From NCBI RefSeq assembly GCF_004010195.1, contig NC_057718.1:49232197-49252196 (forward strand): 20,000 nt of DNA, in the 5' to 3' direction. How positions within the stretch are numbered: the stretch's first letter is position 1; each line of letters begins with the position of its first letter. Below, piece after piece: positions 10,831 to 20,000 of the stretch. Under the pieces are notes generated by a model, which saw only the letters and a program-made list of their open reading frames with translations, was not told the origin of the DNA and made no database searches. Position numbers and translations under genes: made by a program. The DNA is from Chiloscyllium plagiosum. Taxonomy: Eukaryota.

Positions 10831-11664
10831 AGCATTAATGTTTTGGAGGGTGGGACCTGACTGCATGCTTGTTGCACCTACTCGAAACAGATATGCAAAT
10901 AACACATTTCACACCATAGTCAGGAAGGAATTACGTAACTATGGAGCTATTTTTGTAGGTGTTACCCAGGTTAAGTTTACTGACGTGTCAGTGATGACAT
11001 TTTTCCACTCACACATGGAAAATGTACATATCTGTGGTGTATCTTTGTTACAGAAATGAAACCATTTCCTTTTATTTTCACTGTGAAAATGTAGAGACAA
11101 CATGTGTTTGTGTTCATGATGTCTATGGTGAACCTTTTGAGGTATTCATTCTCTAAAGAAGGTGGTGGTTTACTGGTCAAAAGCAGTATAATCCTCCCAC
11201 GTGCATGTCTGAGAGCTAGTTACTTCAGAAATGAAATCAAAACAAAATTATTCTATTTTCTTTCTTAAAATTTTTTTAAAAATCGGTTCAGGGTGATGCC
11301 CCTTCTATCCATTCAGACATTTGTTTGCAATGTGTCATGTACTTAGGCTATTTATTTTAATTTTGTAAAAACTTTCATTTAGGAATTTTGATAGCATACA
11401 CTTGTAACGCACAGACTTTTATGTATTTCCTTCTGTGGCAACTTATTTTTGATTTGCAATACTAAAATCAGACCATTATCTTTAAATCCAACAGTTGTTT
11501 CTGATTCATGTTGCATAGTTTCTGTTCATTCTCCTTCTCTTCTTCTCTCTTTGTTATATTGTCCTGGTTAACTTCCTGCAGGGACATGGTCACACTGTGA
11601 TCTTATTGCTGACAGGAGAAGAAAATAGTTAGCTCGAGCAAATTGTCCAGGCTTGTAATTAGAT

Positions 11665-11792
11665 CCTTGGTCAAAATCCTGGAATTCCCTCCCAATGTTT
11701 CTGAATGTCTACCCACAGCACAAGGACAGCAGTGGTTCAAGAAGGCAGCTCATTACCACTCGGTCACCCCCACATCCCACAAGTGAATAAGA
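11665..11792 (+). mobile_element. LINE 3' end fragment
   Basis: tcctggaattccctccc (W-N-S-L-P motif)...gcagtggttcaagaaggcagctca...cccacatcccacaagtgaataa. Confidence 0.6.
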
Positions 11793-12056
11793 ACACAGAC
11801 GGACAAAGTGAGACCCTGGTGTGGACTGGGTAGCTCAAGATCTCAAAGCTCTGTAGCAGATGAGGGATCTGAATACACTGGGGGAGTGGACTAGTGGTCA
11901 CATCCAGCCCCCAAAATATCTGACAAATGAAATCACAGGGATGACCAATGATAGATTAGTTGCCCTTCACTTCATGAGAGAAACAGTATCTGTGAGGAGC
12001 AGCTCCTCCAATCATAGATATGGTCCCACTCAAGCTGCTTCTCCAGAGACAGAATT

Positions 12057-12200
12057 CATGATTGGACAATCAGGAAGATTAGGAGAGAATCCATGGTCAG
12101 TGGAGCTGCTTTCCCACCCATTTTGCAGGAGGAAACTTGCTGGAGCACTGATGTGAGATGGAGATCTTGGACCCAGAGGCTGTGAGAAGGATAGGGAGTC
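12057..12200 (+). repeat. Left arm of a 144-bp inverted repeat
   Basis: Reverse complement of 13153-13296 with 3 mismatches. Confidence 0.96.
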
Positions 12201-12964
12201 AGGTTGGAATTCAGTGAACAGGATTGAACTGGCTATGGGGTTGATATCCCCTGAGTTGGTGTCACCAGGGAGAAGAGAGAGAAGCTGAAAACTCCCAAGA
12301 TCAAAATGTTAGCCTTGGATGATTAGGCTGGTCAGTCGAGCATCTTGATTTGCTTGTAGGGTGACCCAGCAATGGGAATCAATGGGACAGAATTGATGTT
12401 CCTGGTTTTTTTTTTAAAAAAGAGGGTTTCTTAACAGTGTGAGCTTATTAAGGAGTGGTTTAACAATTAAGTAATTATAAACCTTTCCCCTTCTTGCCTT
12501 GATTTTTAACAAAAAATATATCGCAGGAGGTGGGTTGAAAGAACTGTGGGGTACAGCACAGGAATTTGACCAATCAGGTATTGTGAGTACACTTAATAAT
12601 CACATGTCAAATTAGGAGCTGGGACACATTTGTTTAATTTTCCATTCATGATGACTGTTAATTTCTGGTTAAATGATGGCATTAATTCATGGTCTGAACA
12701 GATCCACACTCATGTACTGAGGTTGCTGATGAGTTTTGAATGTAAATGCACACACAACAAACATCAGAATTTTTCTGAAGGATTTTTTCAGCTCTGCTCT
12801 GTCCAATCCAATAAACAGTTGTGCCTATTCAGCAAAAACACAAGGGCTTAATGGAATGAGCAGTTTCCAATAAAATGAGTAAAACCTGAAACCAAAGACC
12901 ACAGTGTCTAGTTAATTTAGCGTCAAAAAAGTGGAATGTGTGGAATTTGACTTGATTTCAGTAG

Positions 12965-13058
12965 AGTCGAAAAGTGCGGCACTGGAAAAGCACAGCAAGT
13001 CAGGCAGCATCCGAGGAGAGGAAAATTGACTTTTCGGGCATAAGCCCTTCATCAGGAA
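12965..13058 (-). mobile_element. Solo PLE family A pseudo-LTR with a hammerhead-like motif (13028-13055)
   Basis: ctggaaaagcacagcaagtcaggcagcatccgaggag..ttttcgggcataagcccttcatcagga; minus strand CUGAUGA-A-GGGC-UUAU-GCCC-GAAAA-GUC. Confidence 0.85.
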
Positions 13059-13152
13059 TTCAATACATTTGATTTTTATCCCAAAAGCATTTGATATGGG
13101 ACTGTGCAATCTACGCACCCTGGAGGCAGGAAGTAAACTTAATTAAGTTGCA

Positions 13153-13296
13153 GACTCCCTATCCTTCTCACAGCCTCTGGGTCCAAGATCTCCATCTCAC
13201 ATCACTGCTCCAGCAAGCTTCCTCCTGCAAAATGGGTGGGAAAGCAGCTCCACTGACCATGGATTCTCTCCTAATCTTCCTGATTGTCTAATCATG
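13153..13296 (-). repeat. Right arm of the 144-bp inverted repeat, flanked by direct repeat gttgcagac
   Basis: Reverse complement of 12057-12200; gttgcagac at 13147-13155 and 13299-13307. Confidence 0.96.
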
Positions 13297-13990
13297 TGGT
13301 TGCAGACCGGAATCCCGTTACCTACCCAACCTTAATTGAATGAACTTCCAGGTGGAAAGGCCCAAGCTTGGCTTTCCCAACCCATCAAAAATTGGTCCCT
13401 TGAACCAATCAGTTAATGACCACTTTAGGACCTCACCTTGCCTGGCAACTACTAAAACTCCGGGAAGATTTGTTTGTTTAGAACAAATCAGCCTACCTGA
13501 TTGGTTAGCCAATGTGGGCAGTCTGTCAATTTGGGGCAACTCTCAATTGGCTCTAACCTGTGCACAATTGAATTTTAGGACTTTGGGCGAAGGTTGGCTA
13601 TTGACAGTCAAAACACCTACCCTCTCTTCTGCACCTATCCCTCCATATCTTTGTGACCCCCAACTCCAAAATCCCTCCTCAAACATTGTTCCACCTGGGA
13701 AGCTGAAGGTTGGCAGCATGGGCACTGCTCAGGTGTGGGTTTACCAGCCTCTACTTGTCCAACAAGTTCGGGTATCTGAGACTTTCCACCTGCTTGCCCC
13801 AAAAGTTTGGGTATCTAGGATGTCCTGGTCCAGGTTCTAAATCTGATTCGACTGAAATCTGGTCTGGATGAAACTCATCAGAGCTAATCAGCTGCCTTGA
13901 TGGTGGAAGATCTGGCAGTCTTTCTTATTTAACAGCCCCTAGTCTTCTCTCCCAGAACCTCACCTTCCCCTGTTTTCAAAATAAGTCTAA

Positions 13991-14310
13991 AGATTAGATT
14001 CCCTACAGTGTGGAAACAGGTCTTTCAGCCCAGCATTGTCCACACCAACCCTCTGAAAAGGAACCTACCCAGACCCATTCCCCTCCCCTATATTTACCCC
14101 TGACTAATAGCCTACACTATGGGCAATTTAGCATGGCCAATTCACCTGACCCGCACATCTTTGGGGTGTGGAGGAAACCAGAGCACCTGGATGAAACCCA
14201 CGCAGAGAATGTGCAAACTCCACACAGACAGTTGCCTGAGGCTGGAATCAAGCCTGGGACCCTGGTGCTATGAAGCAGCAGTGCTAACCACTGAGTCACC
14301 GTGCCATCCC
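13991..14310 (-). mobile_element. Near full-length tRNA-derived V-SINE (HE1-like)
   Basis: Minus strand: A-box (TGACTCAGTGG), B-box-like (GGCTTGATTCC), V-domain (TGTGTGGAGTTTGCACATTCTC), CR1-like 3' tail ending in AATCT repeats. Confidence 0.92.
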
Positions 14311-15047
14311 TTGTAAAGTGGGATGACTCTGGCCAGAAAATTAGAAAGTGACTTTATTTCAACATAGGCTAATATCAATATCAAGGAATTTGCTCTAAAA
14401 TCTATTCAATGCTAAATTTTCAAATCAGCTTTAAAGAGGAATTGAATATGAGCAGAAGAAACACACATTTATTTATGGACAGTGAAGTCGAATGTCAGTC
14501 AGTCATTCAGTACGACCACACATGAGGCAGCTCATTTCTACAATATGTTCAGTTTCAGCAAAACAGCATTGAAAAATGTCCCAAGGCAACCTTCCCATGA
14601 AGGTGCAAGAGACACTTCATCCAACACACATGCATACACATAGGCAACTGAATGTTCTCAGCAACTGAATGACATTGCTAATGGTGAAATGGGAAAATAC
14701 AATGCTAGATTGGAAAGAAGGGATTTTTGACGTTGGGGAAACAGTCTGATTTTCCAACCAAAATTTGAATGGTGAGATCAGAAGGTCTCTAGTGAGTGGC
14801 CTATTTGCATACATTTGTATTTCATCAATAATGATATCACTACCTTTATATGCAATCCCTTATTCTCCTAGAGAGAAGCTAGATGGTGACAATTCCTGAC
14901 ATAAAAGTGGCAACTCTAGCAAGCCAGTTTGCTACTTGGTCCTCCTGGTTACGTCTTGCTAGAGTCTAAGAGCAGTAGTTCTCAGTGAAGTCTACTGTGA
15001 CTGTCATCAGTCTGGGAGTGGCACCAGTGTCAGTAAAGGTACAAAGT

Positions 15048-16125
15048 AAAAAAATCATACAACATCAAGTTATAGTTCAACATTTTTATTTGGAAGCACT
15101 AGTATTTGGAGTGCTGGTCCTTCATCAGCTGGTTGTGGAGTATAACACCGTAAGACACAGAATTTATAGCAAACATTTACAGTGTGATGTAACTGAAATT
15201 ATATATTGAAAAAGACCTGGATTGTTTGTTAAGTCTCTCATCTTTTAGAATGAACATGTTGGTTTCAGTTTTTTCATATGTAAATTGCAGAATGTTTTTA
15301 AAGTTACATTCTCAAGTACATTCTCATAACTTTAACAATTAGTGTCAAGTTGGCCCAGGTAATGCATTGAAGGTGTGAAGTGCTCGATGTGAGACCGTCT
15401 GTATCACAATGTTCAGACTGATTCTAATGTAAAAAAATGAGTTTCCAGAATCTTACATGGATTCATGCAGTTTTTGAGCAAAATAAAATGTAATTCTGCC
15501 AGTACAAATTCACCCTACAAACTTCTGTGTGTGTATATTTGTGTATGTGTGTGTGTAAAGGGGTATAAGTCTGTGAGAAGATGCATGTGTGCGTGTGAAT
15601 ATGGGAATGTATGTGTGAGTGTATGAGAGAGGGCTTGTGTATGAGAGGGGGTCTGCATGAGTGTATGGGTCTGTAGGAGTGTGTATGTGTTTAGGAGTGT
15701 TTGGGTGTGTGTGTGCGTGTGAAAAAGTATAGTGTGGTGGGGTCACCCATAATTGAGATCATCCTCATGGGTACTGAACTTGGCTATCAGCCTCTGCTCG
15801 GCCACTTTGCGTTATTGCCTGTCCTGAAGTCCGCCTTGGAGGACAGTCACCCAAAAGTTCCTGGTCGATTGTGCCAGACCGCTGAAGTGTTCTCTGACTG
15901 GGAGGGAACACTCCTGTCTGTTGATTGTTTTGCAGTGTCCATTCATCTGTTGCAGTAGCCTCTGCTTGGTCTCACAAATGTACCATGCCTCAGGGCATCC
16001 TTGCTTGCAGCGTATGAGATAGGCAACATTGGCTGAGTCACATGAATTACTGCCACGTACATGGTGGGAGGTGTCCCCACACGTAATGGTGGTATCCATG
16101 TTGTCACTCTGACACATCTTCCAGC
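15048..16125 (-). mobile_element. Penelope-like element family B 3' part (GIY-YIG remnant, CA-rich segment, pseudo-LTR)
   Basis: ORF 15812-16117 contains SCDSANVAYLIRCKQGCPEAWYICETKQRL..MNGH..PVREHFS (GIY-YIG); terminal segment has a decayed CTGATGA motif at 15099-15128. Confidence 0.9.
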
Positions 16126-16856
16126 ATATATAATGCGCAAAATTGTGTCAAATAACTCAGTAGAGCTCATGGAAAAAAATTCTCATGGAAGTGAACCTCT
16201 CTGAAATTGATACAGCCAATTTTTAATAAAAGTTATCCCACAGTCTTTGTAAATTATACCATCTTAACTGTCTAATAAAAGGAAACCTTCAAAAAAATCA
16301 ACATACACGCAGAAGATAATTTTGCAATGTGAATGTGCCCACTAATAAAGAGTTGGTAAGAATGATACAGCGGTTCCTGAAAGTCAAATAGTAGTCTTGA
16401 GAAAATCTTCAGAGCCCTCAAAACATAATATATTGACCCAGAGCCAGACTTTTAAAAAGGATGTGATTACTTTAATGAAAATGGCTTTTTACAAATAATT
16501 TTTGTTAATTTTTCCTACAGTGTCAACAAGAATTGCTGTGTGAGATCAAAAAGTTTTGAAAATCTGCCGAATAATATGTCTGGAAAAAGCTATTGCCCAA
16601 TAAATAGCTCTTAAAAAATGTGACTTTAACTGGCAGTATTATGCCTATGATACAGGCTGGTCGCAGGTGGCATTTGCAGCAGGTGGCATAGCTCTGTGAC
16701 TGTCTCATTGCTTGCTCAGAGGGTAATGGAAACCGTTATCTCCAACTATTGCCAGCTATGTGAATGATTGCCGAGGTGAAATAAGTTTGGATTGTCTGCT
16801 GATTTCTCAGCTTATGCAATTTATCATGAAATGTTATACTTTGGGATATTTTTCAG

Positions 16857-18150
16857 GTTATTCCCATTCTTGGTTTGACAGTGATTTGGCGTTTGGCGTA
16901 GGACTCCAGCTTCATGTTGGCTTCTCGCTCACCAAGCCAAAGTAAAAAAAACCTTTTGTACAAGCCTCGTTCCATGTCTGCTGTGTTCTTCCTGCATCTG
17001 CTCAATGTTTTTAAATCATTTTGGCAATTGGTAACCTTTTGCAGATTTGCTACGGAATATTGGATTGTTATTAATTTCTTCTTCAGGGAGCCATGTATTC
17101 TGCATTGGCCCAACAGATGGAAAAATTCAGGATCACAATCCGCATGAAAAATCATTTTAACAAATATTAAAAAAAGGAAAATAAATGATCAGATAAATAT
17201 ATAAACCTCTTTAAACCAGTTCAAATAGCTAAGAAAAGCACGCTACGCAAAAAGGTTCTGTATTATAGAAAGATGATTTTGATGTGAATCAGATCGGGAA
17301 TGACAGTCAAAATGAAACAGATGAATTGCTTGATGACCCCAGTCATTTGTGATTTCCTATAAGACTAATGGTTATCTTGCCTAAGTCAGATGAAAGCATC
17401 AACACATGTATACAAATTGGGCTTCTATAACATCAATATTTTCCAATATTCCAATGTTTCTGATTTACTTCCTGGCTGCTTTTGTCAGAACGCCACCCAG
17501 TGGCATAATAATGATGCCAGGCCATTAAAATTGGCTGATCCTTCCATTGCCACTCTTACACTGGCTGACATTTGTTAAGCTCCATTCCCATTAATGTTCA
17601 TAATTTTTAATTTCTATCAAATCGTACAGGATAATCATGGCTGTTGTGCAACATTGCTGCGCCAACAATTGATGTCCTCACAAAGATAGTGCATCACTGT
17701 AAGTTGTCTTTAACATTAAATCATTTATTATAAGCTGAGTTCTTATGCACATTCATTTATTATTGATAGAAAATAAAGTCTCACCGGAAAACAACATGCC
17801 ATGTTTTGCCTTCACAGGGATTTGAATGAGAATTAGTTGCATAATTTGAGATTTTAATGCAAGATTCTGAATGGTTGTCAACTGCAGAAATAACTGGCAT
17901 TTTTGTTAAATGAGAATTTTTAAAAAAAAATTCTATTACCGATTTTACATGAGATATTTCTTTCTTGTAAGATTATTATTGCTCTTTTGTCTTTATATTG
18001 TACATTTTTACATAGAGAAATTTTATGCATTGCAATGGTTGTTACATATTCTACTAAATTGCAATATTATATTATAGTCTATAATAAATTGGAGACGTTA
18101 TTCAGCAGTATTGCAAATGCAAAACAATAAATAATAAGTCATAATGAAAA
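16857..18150 (+). other. Probable terminal exon and 3'UTR of an unidentified host gene
   Basis: atatttttcag acceptor; all frames close within 30 codons (VIPILGLTVIWRLA*, LFPFLV*, YSHSW...TKPK*); followed by about 1.2 kb of apparently repeat-free AU-rich sequence ending in AATAAA signals. Confidence 0.45.
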
Positions 18151-18170
18151 GCTTTGAGTATTTTTGTTTA
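18083..18170 (+). promoter_or_regulatory. Candidate polyadenylation region
   Basis: AATAAA at 18083-18088 and 18126-18131, upstream TGTA motifs, downstream U/GU-rich tract (tttgagtatttttgttt). Confidence 0.4.
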
Positions 18171-18529
18171 ACCTAATCATAACATTTTTAACAAGCATTT
18201 AAAGAATGGTATTTACAGGAAGAATATATTCTGCTTTGGGCAATATTTAGTGATCTGAATGCAAATTGTGCTCAAAATTACTCAGATGTTTTGGAAGTGC
18301 ATTTTTGCTCAAATTCCCTTTGCACATTACCAAATGTAAATCCCTCCATGAACCACTGAAATTGGCCAGCATTTCAGAACTCCTTTTGGATTAAAAGATA
18401 TCCCTTGCTACACTGCAGAGTGGTGACTTAGTGCAGTTTTGTTCATGTAGCTGATCAGAGAATAAGGACAAAAAAATTAATGTTTATAATCAGAAGGTTA
18501 TTTCTATTTCTGTTGCATCATTTTTTGGC

Positions 18530-18658
18530 AGACAAGGGATTCAATCATTATGGGGATGTAGACAGGAAAGTGGAGTTACACCACAACAAGATCCACCATG
18601 GTTTAATTGAATAGCAGACTGAATGGTCTACTTCTGCTCTAAATCCTGTGTTCCTATG
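18530..18658 (+). mobile_element. Degenerate CR1 3'UTR fragment
   Basis: ttatggggat..caggaaagtggagtt..agatccaccatg..attgaat..gactgaatggtctacttctgctc..ttcctatg. Confidence 0.65.
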
Positions 18659-18959
18659 TAGACTTATCTACAAAGTAGTAATGTGGGAGGTACCATTGGC
18701 TGGCTCTTTCGTGGCCTGTGAAGTGTGAGTCAACCTCAGTGACATACACAATTGCATTCTCTGCTTGTGCCCAATTCCACTGAACTTCCATTATTATGCT
18801 GTTGCTGCTGCCAAAGGGCTAATGCAATACTAGTACACTAGAACTGGTCAACAGCAGTGTCTTTCTTTTTCACTTAAAGTGGCAGAAATAAAATGGGCCC
18901 TGATAGCGGGGCAGTTTAAGGAATCACTCAACATTAATCCAATGAGATGCCTTTGGATA

Positions 18960-19892
18960 ACTTGTGCTCAGAGAAAATTGGTGGAAGCACTGTGATCAAT
19001 TGTTGAAGTGTTCTGATGTCCACAGAAAGATAAAAATTACATTGTCTTGCATAGAATGTTGGAGGGGGTGCAGAGGTGAGGTGGAGCAATGCTTGTCGTC
19101 ATCATCTTCTATCCAGTAATTGGGAGAATGGGAAACTGTACATTAATCAGTTGGGATTAGGTAATAATAACATGCTAGTGCATTCAAGTGGATGTAAAAA
19201 GGTATCTTGCTGCTTACTAGCAACATTCTTGTCAAAACCCGAATGCAGAATCGGTCATTTTTGTTCCTGACTTTGAGAATCTAATTTCTGCCAATGTCAC
19301 TCAATTTTCCCAAATGACTGACCAATGCCCAGGTTGTTCAGGGGTGGTGAAGATTGTGCTCAAGATATTACCACAACACATTCGAGGAAGACGTGTATCT
19401 TAGTAACTGGACCAAATTACGACAGAACATTTTACTGTCTATGATGGATCATCAATTCAATGCATTGGCAGAATCATACTGCAGTGCAAGTACAGACGAT
19501 CATCTTACTTGTCCAAAATCTTCCACCTTTAAGATAACAATGATCCAGCTCTGTTAGGATTACCAGCGTGCACAGATCTCGCTATTGTCACAATTCAGGA
19601 GATTCAAACGACACCCGAAATAATGGTTCATGATTGCACTTGTTGCATGCAAAATATATGTGCCTCAACAGTGGACGGACCCTCTACAACTACAAAATGT
19701 TTAATCTATTTCTTGAATGAAAGTAGTAACAGACATATTCACAATACACCCTTGTGAAGGATTATTTTTCTAAATTCCAACTTATTCAACAACTTAGCAA
19801 CACAATAAGTGCAACCATTGCTAGTGCAATGACATCTATTTTTAATTTATTTGGTGTTGCGAAATGGATAGTGTCTGACAACGGACCACAAT
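18960..19892 (+). mobile_element. Decayed Ty3/Gypsy LTR-retrotransposon pol fragment (integrase)
   Basis: 19751-19891 translates as LVKDYFSKFQLIQQLSNTISATIASAMTSIFNLFGVAKWIVSDNGPQ (rve core); upstream EIMVHDCTCCMQ resembles the zinc-binding CxxC; 5' boundary uncertain. Confidence 0.8.
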
Positions 19893-20000
19893 TATAGAAC
19901 GTAGAACATAGAACATTACAGGCCCTTCGACCCTCAATGTTGCGCCGACCTGTCATACCAATCTGAAGCTCATCTAACCTACACTATTCCATGTACGTCC
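19893..20000 (-). mobile_element. CR1 LINE 3' end inserted into the Gypsy integrase, continuing beyond the window
   Basis: (atagaac)n tail then caggcccttcgaccctcaatgttgcgccgacc. Confidence 0.85.

Noticed and set aside
12057..13296. DNA transposon with 144-bp TIRs
   Set aside because: No target-site duplication outside the pair and no transposase remnant; the direct repeat flanks only the right arm
13340..13840. 166-aa plus-strand ORF
   Set aside because: No recognisable homology; lies in what looks like an old, unclassified interspersed repeat
14240..14310. tRNA gene
   Set aside because: The A/B boxes belong to the SINE head, which continues into the V-domain; no cloverleaf
1..20000. Prokaryotic-type systems (CRISPR array, operon, defence island)
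   Set aside because: The sequence is vertebrate-like intronic/intergenic DNA with no regularly spaced repeats or gene-dense ORFs

Overview
Eukaryotic, repeat-rich genomic DNA, most likely from a cartilaginous fish (shark, possibly bamboo-shark-like), judged from its retroelement repertoire. That repertoire comprises CR1 LINE fragments, an L2 fragment, tRNA-derived V-SINEs of HE1 type, two families of Penelope-like elements (PLEs) with GIY-YIG remnants and hammerhead-ribozyme-like motifs, and a decayed Gypsy integrase. No intact protein-coding ORF is present. The repeat-poor parts appear to be the 3' end of an unidentified + strand host gene: one 66-nt internal exon candidate, several strong splice acceptors each followed quickly by stops, and a probable last exon/3'UTR at about 16.9-18.15 kb. 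The most unusual structures are two locally templated inverted duplications. One is a perfect 67-bp copy of neighbouring CR1 sequence at the inversion breakpoint of a PLE. The other is a 144-bp inverted repeat (3 mismatches) whose second arm is flanked by a 9-bp direct repeat. I found no convincing evidence of a novel multi-gene system. All family assignments are by eye, with no database search.
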